Source: a virus. From it: a DNA stretch of 51,730 bases. The notes below the pieces were generated by a model, which did no database searches, was not told where the DNA came from, and saw only the letters and a list, made by a program, of their open reading frames with translations. This document shows, piece after piece, positions 9,363 through 20,047 of the stretch; position 1 is the first letter of the stretch, and each line of letters starts with the position of its first letter. The stretch is from IMG/VR virus record IMGVR_UViG_3300017727_001923, positions 97,406-149,135 of that record; one strand, given 5' to 3'. The position numbers and the translations under genes were made by a program.

Positions 9363-11189
9363 ATGGCAACAACAATAAAATCGACATCGTTAGATTTTGA
9401 TGCAATCAAAAACAATCTAAAAACTTTTCTCGCAGAAAAAAATGAGTTTTCAGACTTTAATTTTGAAGCGTCTGGATTGTCAAACATCCTAGATGTTCTT
9501 GCATACAACACACACTACAATGGTTTAACTGCTAACTTTGCATTGAACGAATCTTTTCTTGGTACTGCACAATTACGTAGTTCATTGGTATCTCTTTCAG
9601 AAGGTATAGGATATATTCCAGATTCTAAAACATCTTCTCAAGCAATTATTAAGATGTCTGTAAATTTAAGTGGTGTTTCTGGTCGTACTGCAACCATTCA
9701 AATACCTAGTGGTTTTAAATTCAATTCAACCGTTGATACTACAGAATATGTGTTTCAAACTCTAGAAGATTTAACTGCAAGTGATAATGGTGAAGGTCTG
9801 TATATATTTAAAGATGCGTCTGGTAATGAAAACATTAAAGTATTCGAAGGAACAGAAAGAGTAAAAACTTTCCTTATAACAAGAAAAGAAGAAAATGCAG
9901 TTTATATTATTCCAGATGCAAATATGGATATTGATACTGCGGTGGTTCGTGTCTATGAAACGCCTGGCGCTTCTGCATTCGCAACATATACAAACTTACT
10001 AAAAGCAACAACAATTAACATTGCATCAACATTGTTTATTCTAAAAGAATCACCTAATGGATTCTTTGAACTAACTTTTGGTAATGGAACTACTTTAGGT
10101 AGAGCCCCAGATGCGGGTAATAAAGTTGTTGTGACATATCTTGCCTCAAGTGGTGCTGAATCAGATACCGCTAAAGTATTCGAACCACAATCAACAATAT
10201 CAGTTGCGGGTGGTAACTACTCTGTGGTTGTTAGTACTGTTGCAAATGCAGTTGGTGGTGGTGAGAAAGAAAGTATTGAATCCATTCGTAAGACTGCACC
10301 TTTTCAGTATGCAACTCAGAACCGAATGGTAACTGCGGTTGATTACTCTACCCTAGTATTAAGAAACTTTTCCACATTAATCAAAGATATAAAATCATTT
10401 GGTGGTGAAGATGCACTTGACCCTAAGTTTGGGACAATCTTTATGTCAGTATTATTTAATGCAGATGTAGATTCAGTAACAGAAGACGTAACAAAACAAT
10501 CTATTATAGACCTTTCGAATCAATTATCAGTAGCGTCCTTTAGTTTAGAGTTTATTGACCCAGTAAAAACTTTTATTGAGACAGAAGTATTCTTCCAATT
10601 TAATCCTAGCTTGACTACACTTTCTAGAAATACAATTCAAGATAATGTCAACACAACGATTAGTGATTACTTTACTGATAACACAGGTAAATTTGGACAA
10701 TCATTTAGACGTTCAAATCTATTAACTTTGATAGATGACGTAAGTCCCTCAATCTTATCATCTCGTGCAACAGTTAGAATGCAGAGAAGGTTCTCACCTA
10801 CATTAACTAAGATTCAAGACCATACATTAAGATATGCTGCTAATATTTCTGAAACCGATGATGTAAATTATATCATTACTTCAAATGCGTTTCAATATAA
10901 AAATAAGACATGTATCATTAGAAACAAACTAAACACTAATAAACTAGAAGTATTTAATCAGAATGACCGTATTGTTATAGTAGATAACGTTGGTTCATTT
11001 ACTAAGGACACTATTAGTATAGTAGGATTACAAATAGATAATTTTGTTGGTTCAGAATCATTTATTAAAGTAAGTGCAGTCGCAGCTAATGAAAGTGCAA
11101 TTACTCCATTCAGAGAAGATATTATTGAACATGATAAGAGTCAATCGTTTAGTCGTATCGTAGATGTTGACACTGGAGTCACTACGTAA
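9363..11189 (+). CDS. gp6: Baseplate wedge subunit gp6
   Basis: LDFDAIKNNLKTFL..EFSDFNFEASGLSNILDVLAYNTHY..NESFL.TAQLRSS, FELTFGNG, ESIESIR..AP...QNRMVTAVDY. Confidence 0.92.
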   Translation: MATTIKSTSLDFDAIKNNLKTFLAEKNEFSDFNFEASGLSNILDVLAYNTHYNGLTANFALNESFLGTAQLRSSLVSLSEGIGYIPDSKTSSQAIIKMSVNLSGVSGRTATIQIPSGFKFNSTVDTTEYVFQTLEDLTASDNGEGLYIFKDASGNENIKVFEGTERVKTFLITRKEENAVYIIPDANMDIDTAVVRVYETPGASAFATYTNLLKATTINIASTLFILKESPNGFFELTFGNGTTLGRAPDAGNKVVVTYLASSGAESDTAKVFEPQSTISVAGGNYSVVVSTVANAVGGGEKESIESIRKTAPFQYATQNRMVTAVDYSTLVLRNFSTLIKDIKSFGGEDALDPKFGTIFMSVLFNADVDSVTEDVTKQSIIDLSNQLSVASFSLEFIDPVKTFIETEVFFQFNPSLTTLSRNTIQDNVNTTISDYFTDNTGKFGQSFRRSNLLTLIDDVSPSILSSRATVRMQRRFSPTLTKIQDHTLRYAANISETDDVNYIITSNAFQYKNKTCIIRNKLNTNKLEVFNQNDRIVIVDNVGSFTKDTISIVGLQIDNFVGSESFIKVSAVAANESAITPFREDIIEHDKSQSFSRIVDVDTGVTT

Positions 11190-12202
11190 TGGCAATAAAC
11201 CATCTACATGGCAAGAACGATACTCTGATTGATTTAAATAGGAGAGATATTACCTTTCCTAAAAATCAAATCCAAGAGGTTCTTCCTGAGTTCTTTAGAG
11301 GTACATATCCAAAACTCATAAGTCTTTTGGAGGAGTACTATCATTTTGAGACGGGGTCTGAGTCTCCTTCTCGTTTGATTAGTGAGTTGTTCCTTAACCG
11401 TGATATTACTCAGAATGATATAGAACTTTTGTCCTATATCGAAGATGAACTTTTATTGGGTCAATCTTTCTTTGAAGGATTTGCAGATAAAAGAGCTGCA
11501 GCAAAGTATTCAAATACATTATATCGTTCAAAAGGAACATTGTATTCAATACAACAATTCTTTAGAACATTCTTTTCCATTGACCCAGACGTAATCTATA
11601 CTAAGAAAAATATATTTAAGGTTGGGGAAGAGGATTCTAAGATTGGTTTTAACTCTCAGAAGTTTATTACCGATAACAAATTATACCAGACTTTTGCACT
11701 ACTTGTCAAGTCTGAAATTGCAGAAACAGAATGGAAAGAACCATATAAGTTGTTCGTCCATCCTGCTGGCATGTTTGTTGGTAGTGAAGTGCAAATTGTA
11801 TCTGTGGGAACAGATGAAATTACCGCTCCATTAGTTCAACTTGAACCACCACCACCTATTACTATTGAAAATACAGGGTCGTTCAATGTGTTACCAACAC
11901 TAGATTTAACTGCACTTGTTGATGACCTATATAGTGATTCAGATGGTATGTTAAGTAGAATTAATGCAGAACTTACTGATATCAGAGGGTTCAGACCAAA
12001 TACTATACAGACTATTGAAAATCAGTATTCATCATTAAGAGAAGCACAAACTGCAACATCTCCAACATTTGATGATTCTGACCAGTTTGAAACAAATGGT
12101 ATGGATTTATCAAATCATTTCCATTGGGAAACGATTGACCAAGAGAAACATATTTTTTATAGTGCAGATAGTGACCAATACCTAAAAAGTTTTACATTAT
12201 AG
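11189..12202 (+). CDS. Baseplate wedge protein (short gp7-like)
   Basis: LPEFFRGTYPKLI.LLEEYY, LYRSKGT.YSI..FFR.FF, DNKLYQTF, LFVHPAGM..G; follows gp6. Confidence 0.65.
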   Translation: MAINHLHGKNDTLIDLNRRDITFPKNQIQEVLPEFFRGTYPKLISLLEEYYHFETGSESPSRLISELFLNRDITQNDIELLSYIEDELLLGQSFFEGFADKRAAAKYSNTLYRSKGTLYSIQQFFRTFFSIDPDVIYTKKNIFKVGEEDSKIGFNSQKFITDNKLYQTFALLVKSEIAETEWKEPYKLFVHPAGMFVGSEVQIVSVGTDEITAPLVQLEPPPPITIENTGSFNVLPTLDLTALVDDLYSDSDGMLSRINAELTDIRGFRPNTIQTIENQYSSLREAQTATSPTFDDSDQFETNGMDLSNHFHWETIDQEKHIFYSADSDQYLKSFTL

Positions 12203-12213
12203 TGTAAAAGACT

Positions 12214-12221
12214 TATAAATA
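12214..12221 (+). promoter_or_regulatory. Late promoter TATAAATA
   Basis: Exact consensus, intergenic before 12244. Confidence 0.75.
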
Positions 12222-12243
12222 GATTAAACAGACGGATTATCAA

Positions 12244-13269
12244 ATGGCGAAACAAACACTAAACAGAGGAACTACAGCAAACGATGGTACAGGTGATACC
12301 TTACGTACTGCTGCTCAGAAAATAAATGAGAACTTTACAGAACTCTACACCTCTATTGGTGGAGATTCTGCTACTGCAAACGTAAAACTTGCAGCGGGGG
12401 GTGCAATCTTTGAAGGATTGGCAGTGAATGCCCACCAGACTATAGTTTCTCCAGTTGAACCAACACAAGATAATAACGTCTATATTCCAGATGACAGTGG
12501 AACATTAATATTAGACTCTTGTTCTCAGACATTATCTAACAAGACTATTCTTGTTCCGACAATGACAACACCTAAGATTCGAGATGCGAATGCAAGTCAT
12601 ACGTACAATGTAACCGTAGGTGATATAAGTGCAAATCGTAATATTGCGTTACCAGTCCTACAGAGTAATGATACATTTGTATTTGCAAATGCAACACAAA
12701 CGTTACTCAACAAAACTATTGGTGGATTGACAGTTAACAATCCTAAGTTTGGTGGTATCTCAGGCGGGTCTTTACTAGTAGATAGTGCAGACAACGAATA
12801 TTTAAAATTTGTAAAGACCGCAAGTGCAGTTAACTTTGTTACTATGTCAAACAGTGCCACAGGTAACAGTCCATCTATTGATGTAGACGGTGGTGACGCT
12901 AACATTAGTCTTGAACTTGCTGCAAAAGGTACTGGTGCGGTTGAAATTAAAAACAAACTTGTTCTTGAAAAAGGAACAGATGTTGCATCAACAACTGCTA
13001 TTGATTTAAACGAACCATTAACAGTATTTAATTCTGGTTCACAAATCCTTCCAACTATCGGAGATGGAACAATTCAAGGGGAAGTAAAATACTTCAGTAA
13101 CGTTGGTGCGGGTGAAGCAAGACTTACTGTAGGTAATACTTCAAATATCCATGGTGTAAGTAATAATGGCCATATCTCTTTCGGAGAAGGTGACGGATGT
13201 ATACTAGTATGGAACTCAACTAAAAGCAAATGGTTTTTCGTGTCAAATAATGGCACAACAATAGGGTAA
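12244..13269 (+). CDS. Baseplate/tail-fibre connector with gp9/gp10-type N-terminus
   Basis: MAKQTLNRGTTANDGTGDTLRTAAQKINENFTELY is the gp9/gp10 N-terminal motif; QTLxNKT fibre repeats. Confidence 0.7.
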   Translation: MAKQTLNRGTTANDGTGDTLRTAAQKINENFTELYTSIGGDSATANVKLAAGGAIFEGLAVNAHQTIVSPVEPTQDNNVYIPDDSGTLILDSCSQTLSNKTILVPTMTTPKIRDANASHTYNVTVGDISANRNIALPVLQSNDTFVFANATQTLLNKTIGGLTVNNPKFGGISGGSLLVDSADNEYLKFVKTASAVNFVTMSNSATGNSPSIDVDGGDANISLELAAKGTGAVEIKNKLVLEKGTDVASTTAIDLNEPLTVFNSGSQILPTIGDGTIQGEVKYFSNVGAGEARLTVGNTSNIHGVSNNGHISFGEGDGCILVWNSTKSKWFFVSNNGTTIG

Positions 13270-13274
13270 TTGAA

Positions 13275-14633
13275 ATGGCGATTATAACTCAAGATTTAAA
13301 GAAACAAGTATTAAAGGATATCAAATCAGATTTTGATTCCGCAAGTGAAAATTACTTTGCAGTAATAGGTCGCTCTGAAGATTGGAACGATTCTGACGTT
13401 GCACCAACTGTAATAAGTTCTGCAAGAGAAGAAAGAAACTTCCGTCTTGGAATACAATCTGCAAAAAACATTATTGATTTATCCTTTGTTGTTCCCAGAT
13501 ATAACTGGTCTTCTGGTGCAATTTATTCTGCATATGACGATGCGTCAGTAGGATATCCTGCTCAGTCATACTATGTTATGAATGACAATAACCAAGTATA
13601 CATGTGTATTCAACAATCTAGAAATGCGGCAGGACAAGCACAGACATCAACTGTTCAACCTACAGGTAATACAACGGGTGTTGCATTTGATACCGCAGAC
13701 GGTTACATTTGGAAATTCTTATACTCTATCAGTGCTTTAGACGCAAACAAATACATCTCTGCAAACTATTTACCAATTAAATTACAGGGTGCAACTGACT
13801 CAGATTCACCCGCTGCTGACGTTGAACAACTTGCAGTTCAGAATGCGGCAATTATAGGACAAATTACAGGTTATCAGGTTGATTCGGGTGGTAGTGGATA
13901 TTCAAGCACACCAACAGTCAACGTAACAGGTAACGGAACAAAGGCAAAAGCAAACGCAACAATTTCTGGTGGACAAGTAGTTAAAGTAGAACTTATCGAT
14001 AGTTCTGGTGCATACACATTAGGTTCAGGATATGACTATGCAGATGTTACTATAACGGGTGGTGGAGCTCCAACTAAACCAGCCGCAGTTAGAGCAGTTA
14101 TTAGTACTCCAATAGGACTTGGGGGAGACCCAAGAGATGACCTTCGTGCTACCTCAATTATGTTTAACGCAAAACCATCTGGTGCAGAAGGAAATGACTT
14201 TATTATTGGTAATGACTTCCGTCAAGTTGGTTTAATTAGAAATTTAAAAGATAGTGCGGGTACAGTAGACTTCACTGCCTCTACAGGTATTGGTCTAAAG
14301 AAACTAGTATTATCAAGTGTAACTCAAGGGTTTACCGCAGATAACCAGATATTAGGTTCAACTTCTGGAATCAAAGCATTGATTGATAAAGTAGACTCTT
14401 CTAATATATGGTATCACCAAACCGAAGAGACTGGTTTCGGTAATTTTGGTTCAGGTGAGAACATATCAGAAACAAATGGTAATGGTGCGGGAGTTCTAAA
14501 CGGTTCTTTCCATCCATATGTAAACCCAGAAATTGACACTTTCTCTGGAGAAGTACTCTACATAGATAACCGTGCAGCGGTTACTCGTAGTGCTGACCAG
14601 ACTGAAGATATTAAAATCGTAATCCAAATTTAA
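13275..14633 (+). CDS. gp8: Baseplate wedge subunit gp8-like
   Basis: VVPRYNWSSG..Y, YYVMN..QVY.CI, TADGYIWKFLY, NDFRQVGL, SGEVLYIDNR....R..DQTEDIKIVIQ. Confidence 0.8.
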   Translation: MAIITQDLKKQVLKDIKSDFDSASENYFAVIGRSEDWNDSDVAPTVISSAREERNFRLGIQSAKNIIDLSFVVPRYNWSSGAIYSAYDDASVGYPAQSYYVMNDNNQVYMCIQQSRNAAGQAQTSTVQPTGNTTGVAFDTADGYIWKFLYSISALDANKYISANYLPIKLQGATDSDSPAADVEQLAVQNAAIIGQITGYQVDSGGSGYSSTPTVNVTGNGTKAKANATISGGQVVKVELIDSSGAYTLGSGYDYADVTITGGGAPTKPAAVRAVISTPIGLGGDPRDDLRATSIMFNAKPSGAEGNDFIIGNDFRQVGLIRNLKDSAGTVDFTASTGIGLKKLVLSSVTQGFTADNQILGSTSGIKALIDKVDSSNIWYHQTEETGFGNFGSGENISETNGNGAGVLNGSFHPYVNPEIDTFSGEVLYIDNRAAVTRSADQTEDIKIVIQI

Positions 14634-14642
14634 GGTATAGAC

Positions 14643-17600
14643 ATGCCAAAGACATTTACATCTAACGTATTCCAATCAACCTATAAGGATGATTTTAAGG
14701 ACAGTGATAATTATCATCGTGTCCTTTTTAACAGTGGTAGAGCGGTTCAAGCACGTGAACTTACTCAACTACAAACAATCATTCAAGAGGAAATCGGGAG
14801 ATTTGGTCGGAACGTCTTTAAAGACGGTGCTGCCGTAAATCCAGGCGGCCCTCACGTCAATAGTGATTATGAATTTATTAAACTAGATACTTCAGTAAGA
14901 ACTTTACCAGACGATACTTCTGTTTTAATAGGACTTGAGTTCACACATGCCGCAACAAGTACTGCTGCAAGAGTTCTAGAGGTCGTGACTGCTACAGGTT
15001 CAGACCCAGCAACACTATATGTTCAATACACAAACACCTCTGGTGGTGACGTTGGAACAAACCCAGTTCGTATGCAATCGGGTGTAGATATCACAAGTGG
15101 TAGTTTTACATTTACAACACAATCAACAAACACTATTGCAAACCCTGCTGTAGGACGTGGTTGTCAAGTATCAAATGCTGCGGGTGATTTCTTTACTCGT
15201 GGTCATTTTGTATTCGCTAAACCTCAATCACTTATTATATCAAAATATACAAGATATCCTACTAAAGTTATTGGTTTTAAAGTAACAGAAGATATTATTA
15301 CTGTTGCGGATACTAATGAATTGTATGATAATCAGGGTGCAAATCCTAACCTATCTTCGCCTGGCGCTGATAGATACCGAATTAAACTTACTTTAACAAC
15401 AAAAGATGACGTTGCCTCAGATGAAAACTTTGTCTTCTATTGTGATATTGTTGATGGTAATGTAGTTGACCAAGTAACTGGTGCAGATAATTACAATGCA
15501 CCTAATACACTTGTTGCACAAAGAACAAAAGAAGAGAGTGGAGATTATATTGCAAAAGACTTCACTGTTGATTTCAGTGACTCAGCGACTAATCTAGTCG
15601 CATCTGTATCAGATGGTGTTGCATATGTAAACGGACATCGTGGTGCAACAGAAAAACCTACACCTATTACTATTCCAAAACCAAGAACTGATGTAACTTT
15701 AGAGAATGAAGTAACTGGTATTAGTTATGGTCAATTTGTCTTATGTAGTGAACTAAAGGGCGACATTGGTTCATTGTTTAAGACAGTTAATCTATCAACA
15801 TCTACTACTAATCCTGCTGCAAGTATTACAGGTACAGCAAGAGTTCGTTTTGTAGAAAAGAGTGGTGTTAATTTTAAAGTCTATCTATTTGATATCAAGA
15901 TGAATAGTGGACAGTCTTTCCGAAATATTAAAACACTTGGTACTAGTACAACTAATAGAGCAATCCCTGTTTTTGAATCTAGTAAAGCAGTGATTAAGGA
16001 TGCAACTAAAGTAAACTTAGTATATCCTCTTCCTAATCCAAGACCAAGAGCAATTACAGACGTTGACTTTGAAGTTCAAAGAGTTTCTGCTACGATTTCT
16101 AATTCTTCAAGTTCATTCTCTATGCCTAACTTGACTGTGACTGGTGAAACCTATACCAATACAAGTGATTGGATTGTTATTAATGCATCTACTGGTGCTG
16201 TACAAACTGGTGCAACTTTTGGTACTTCTGGTACTACCTCTATGACTGTTAGTAATGTAGCATCTGCTAATGCTATCGTATATCATAAAATTAACAAAGC
16301 ATCCCCAGTAGTTAGACCAAAGACATTAACCGATGCAACTGCAACCGCAACATTATCAACCGATTCTTTAACTGGTGCAAAATATCTAGATTTAGGTAAA
16401 ACTGATGTCTATAGTGTACAATCAATTAGACTAACTAATTCTGGTGGTACAGATATCTCTCATCAATTTACTGTTGATGATGGTCAACGAGCAGGATTCT
16501 ATGGTAATGGTCGATTAGTATTAAATGGTGGAGAGACTCAAAACGGAACAGTTTACTGTGCATTTAAACATTTTGTTCATGGTAATGGAGATTACTTCTC
16601 AGTTAACTCTTACGAAGGTAAGGTTGATTATGACAAGATACCCGCATTCAAAGTCGGGCCTAGAACATCCGTAAACTTACGTGACGTAATTGATTTCCGT
16701 TCTGCGGTAAACTCTAGTAATGTATTTACTACTTCATCACAAAATGAAATCCCTGCTAATGGTGATATCTTCCAAGGTGACGTAACATATTATGTCCCTC
16801 GTTCAGATAAAATCGTAGTTACCGAACAAGGTGAAGTTAAAAATATTTTAGGTGAAGCAGGATTTTCTTCTCAGATTCCCGCAACCCCATCAAATACTCT
16901 AGGTCTTTTTGAACTAGAACATAACGCATATGGTCTAAATGACTCTGACGTAGTTGTAACTCCTCTCAAAGCGAAAGGATTTACAATGAAAGATATCTCT
17001 GAACTAGAGAATAGAATTGATAAGTTAGAAGAAGTAACAACTTTAAGTATGTTAGAACTTGATACATCTTCACTCTTAGTTCTTGATTCTGCTGGAAACT
17101 CTAGAATGAAATCAGGTTTCTTCGTAGATAACTTTGCAAATAGAAGTTTCTCAGACGCAGAAAACTCAGAATATCGTGCTGCTATTGACCCAACTAAAGG
17201 TTTACTTTCATGTGCAACCTTTGAAGATAACGTTGGACTTGTATATGACAGTGCCGCATCATCAAACACTATTCTTAAAGGTGATACGATATTCCTTAAT
17301 TATACACATGTTGAATCAATAAGTCAACCAGTAATTTCTGGAACAGAGAACGTTAACCCATTCGCAGTTATTACTGGAGAAGGAAATCTTACTCTATCTC
17401 CAGCTTCAGATGAATGGTTTCAAACAGCATACAAACCCGCAAATGTAATTAACAAAACTGCGGAAGAACAACTAGGTGACCTAAACGAAGGTAATCTTGC
17501 AGTAGGTACTGCACAACAACGTGGATTCGCTGGCGGTAGTGGTGCATGGATGTGGTCTGGAGCGCCTTTTATTCCATTAATAGGATTCGGTGAATTCGGT

Positions 17601-19841
17601 ATTGGTGGTGGCGGTGGTGGTATCGGCAACCTCTTTGGAGGATGGAGAGGAGCGGGTCAGTGGAACTGGTCTGGTCTAAACACCCAAAGAAGTTCAAACG
17701 GTATAAACCGAACTGGTGTGTCTACAACAAACGATGGTACATTTACTAGTAGAACTTCAAGTTTTAGTCAAAATGTAGTTGTTGGTAATAGAACAGTTCG
17801 TAAGATTGTTGGTGATAAAACTGTATCATTAACATTCCTTCCTTTCATTCGTTCTCGTGAGGTATCTTTCCGTGCAGAAGGTTTAAGACCTAACACTAGA
17901 TACTTCCCATTCTTTGATGGTACAGATGTTGCAACTTTCTGTAAAGAAAAAGCATTCCAAAGACATGCAAGCGGAACGTTCCTAAGTGGTAAAGAAAATA
18001 GATTAGCTACTACTCACCCAGAGGGTTCTTCGAATTTAATATCTAACTCGAATGGTGAAATTGAAGGTTCATTCTTTATTCCGTCAAGTGAAACAAATCG
18101 TTTCCGTGCGGGAACAAGAGAATTTAAACTACTTGATATTAGTAAGAATGATGATGACGCTGCTTTATCACATGCATCAAATAACTATGTTGCTCAAGGT
18201 ACATTGGATACTAGACAAGAGACTATTACATCTACTCGTATTACTCAGAAGATAACTCGTAGATGGACAGAGACTACACGTGTCCGTAATCGTGACCCTC
18301 TTGCACAATCATTCACAGTAACAAAACCATCTGGAATGTTTGTAACTAAGGTTCAGACTTATTTTCAAAGCAAGGATACAAGTATTCCTGTTGAATTACA
18401 GATTCGTCCTATGGTAAATGGCGCTCCATCTTCTACAGAGATTATTGGTAATGCGTCTAAGTTCTTGAACCCAAGTGCGGTAAATCTTCCTGCTTCTCAA
18501 ACACAAGCTGCGGTCTTAAATGCACCCACTACATTTGAGTTTGATGAACCAATCTTCTTGAATCCAGAAACGGATTATTGTATTGTTCTTCTTGCAGAAT
18601 CAATTGATTATAATGCTTATGTCGCAGAGACTTATGCATTTGAACTTGGTTCTACAGAGAAACGTATTTCACGTCAACCATCTATGGGGTCATTATTTAA
18701 ATCTCAGAATGGTAAGACATGGGAGCCAGACCAAACAAAAGACCTTGCATTTAAAATCTTCACTGCTGACTTTGATACTGCGGGTGGTTATGCAGTGTTT
18801 GAAAACGCTGCTCTTGAAAAAGAATCAATTTCAAGTAATCCATTCTTTACAACATCATCCGATGCGACAGTTACTATGTTATTCCCGAACCACGGTTATG
18901 ATGTAAGTGATACTATCACAATTTCAGGTGCTGTTGGTGGTAATGGATTGTCTGCGGGTAATATAAACGGTAACAGAACTGTTACTCACGCAGATGGATT
19001 TGGTATTAAGTTTGAAGCGGGTAGTAATGCAAATGCGGGTGGTAGAGTTGGTGGAGATGCAGTTAAGGCAGATAGACAGGTTCTATTCGATACTGTTGTT
19101 CCAGAATTTACAACATTACAACCCGATGACACAAATATAACATATAATGTTAAATTTACTTCTGGTAAATCATTTGCTTCTATTGGTCAAACAAGATATC
19201 AAAAAGATATTACATACTCTTCTGAGATTCGTATTGGAGATGAAAACTATTTCACAACTCCAAGACTTATTGCTAAGACTGCAAACGAGTCTGTTGAACT
19301 AGGTTCAGGGGTTAAGTCTGCAACATTTAAAGTTAACATGACAACAGTCCGTGGAGATGTTTCTCCATTGGTTGATGCACAAAGAGTATCACTCAAAACT
19401 ACAAACAATATTATTGATAATCAAGCAGCGGCTACTGCTGCGGGATTCAATGTTCCGTTGAACTATGTTGCAGAAACAACAGCGTTTGGTGGTTCATCAC
19501 TTGCAAAACACATGACTACAGTCGGTGTTCTTGAAGAACCCGCTGTTGGTTTAAAACTAATAATTGGTTGTCTAAGACCAGTTGGTTCAGACTTTGATTT
19601 ATATTGGAGAGTTGCACAAGATGGTGACAACATCTTTGATATAGATTGGACACTAGAATCACCAGAACAAACGATTGCTGCTGATGAAAGAAACTTCCGT
19701 GATTATCGTTTCCTAATTGGTGGAGACGGTGGAGATGTTGATGCATTCTCGCAATATCAATTTAAGATTGTAATGCGTACTAATAACTCTGCAAAAGTTC
19801 CTTTCTTCAAGGACTTACGTGCAATTGCAATGGCAACATAA
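14643..19841 (+). CDS. Large virion structural protein (DUF4815/VrlC-like)
   Basis: YKDDF..NYHRVLF.SGRAVQARELTQLQTI, PGADRYRI.L, RTKEESGDY, FTMKDI..LE.RI..LE, KSGFFVDNF, DPLAQSF, GSLFKSQNG.TW..Q..DL.F, F..FKIVM. Confidence 0.75.
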   Translation: MPKTFTSNVFQSTYKDDFKDSDNYHRVLFNSGRAVQARELTQLQTIIQEEIGRFGRNVFKDGAAVNPGGPHVNSDYEFIKLDTSVRTLPDDTSVLIGLEFTHAATSTAARVLEVVTATGSDPATLYVQYTNTSGGDVGTNPVRMQSGVDITSGSFTFTTQSTNTIANPAVGRGCQVSNAAGDFFTRGHFVFAKPQSLIISKYTRYPTKVIGFKVTEDIITVADTNELYDNQGANPNLSSPGADRYRIKLTLTTKDDVASDENFVFYCDIVDGNVVDQVTGADNYNAPNTLVAQRTKEESGDYIAKDFTVDFSDSATNLVASVSDGVAYVNGHRGATEKPTPITIPKPRTDVTLENEVTGISYGQFVLCSELKGDIGSLFKTVNLSTSTTNPAASITGTARVRFVEKSGVNFKVYLFDIKMNSGQSFRNIKTLGTSTTNRAIPVFESSKAVIKDATKVNLVYPLPNPRPRAITDVDFEVQRVSATISNSSSSFSMPNLTVTGETYTNTSDWIVINASTGAVQTGATFGTSGTTSMTVSNVASANAIVYHKINKASPVVRPKTLTDATATATLSTDSLTGAKYLDLGKTDVYSVQSIRLTNSGGTDISHQFTVDDGQRAGFYGNGRLVLNGGETQNGTVYCAFKHFVHGNGDYFSVNSYEGKVDYDKIPAFKVGPRTSVNLRDVIDFRSAVNSSNVFTTSSQNEIPANGDIFQGDVTYYVPRSDKIVVTEQGEVKNILGEAGFSSQIPATPSNTLGLFELEHNAYGLNDSDVVVTPLKAKGFTMKDISELENRIDKLEEVTTLSMLELDTSSLLVLDSAGNSRMKSGFFVDNFANRSFSDAENSEYRAAIDPTKGLLSCATFEDNVGLVYDSAASSNTILKGDTIFLNYTHVESISQPVISGTENVNPFAVITGEGNLTLSPASDEWFQTAYKPANVINKTAEEQLGDLNEGNLAVGTAQQRGFAGGSGAWMWSGAPFIPLIGFGEFGIGGGGGGIGNLFGGWRGAGQWNWSGLNTQRSSNGINRTGVSTTNDGTFTSRTSSFSQNVVVGNRTVRKIVGDKTVSLTFLPFIRSREVSFRAEGLRPNTRYFPFFDGTDVATFCKEKAFQRHASGTFLSGKENRLATTHPEGSSNLISNSNGEIEGSFFIPSSETNRFRAGTREFKLLDISKNDDDAALSHASNNYVAQGTLDTRQETITSTRITQKITRRWTETTRVRNRDPLAQSFTVTKPSGMFVTKVQTYFQSKDTSIPVELQIRPMVNGAPSSTEIIGNASKFLNPSAVNLPASQTQAAVLNAPTTFEFDEPIFLNPETDYCIVLLAESIDYNAYVAETYAFELGSTEKRISRQPSMGSLFKSQNGKTWEPDQTKDLAFKIFTADFDTAGGYAVFENAALEKESISSNPFFTTSSDATVTMLFPNHGYDVSDTITISGAVGGNGLSAGNINGNRTVTHADGFGIKFEAGSNANAGGRVGGDAVKADRQVLFDTVVPEFTTLQPDDTNITYNVKFTSGKSFASIGQTRYQKDITYSSEIRIGDENYFTTPRLIAKTANESVELGSGVKSATFKVNMTTVRGDVSPLVDAQRVSLKTTNNIIDNQAAATAAGFNVPLNYVAETTAFGGSSLAKHMTTVGVLEEPAVGLKLIIGCLRPVGSDFDLYWRVAQDGDNIFDIDWTLESPEQTIAADERNFRDYRFLIGGDGGDVDAFSQYQFKIVMRTNNSAKVPFFKDLRAIAMAT

Positions 19842-20047
19842 TGAAATCGTATGTTGCTATAGAAGGAAATTCATCTTTAGCAAGAGACCCAAATTCGGGG
19901 ACAATTGTTAATATAAATAAAGATGAGATAAGTAAAGCTCGTTTATTAAAAACGAAAAGAAAAGAACAAGAAAGAGAGTTTGATGATTTAAAGAATGAAG
20001 TAAGTGAAGTTAAAGAACTCCTTAACAAACTAATAGAGAAACTGTAA
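19841..20047 (+). CDS. Small coiled-coil protein
   Basis: 68 aa, translationally coupled on both sides; LARDPNSGTIVN plus C-terminal heptads. Confidence 0.7.
   Translation: MKSYVAIEGNSSLARDPNSGTIVNINKDEISKARLLKTKRKEQEREFDDLKNEVSEVKELLNKLIEKL
19912..19919 (+). promoter_or_regulatory. Possible internal late promoter TATAAATA
   Basis: Exact consensus inside the 68-aa ORF, upstream of the fibre island. Confidence 0.45.

Noticed and set aside
8875-9405. 176-aa minus-strand ORF and the many other short antisense or alternate-frame ORFs in the track (e.g. 20160-21197, 39881-40477, 44663-45088)
   Set aside because: Shadows of well-supported T4-like genes, explained by codon bias; no RBS or promoter support
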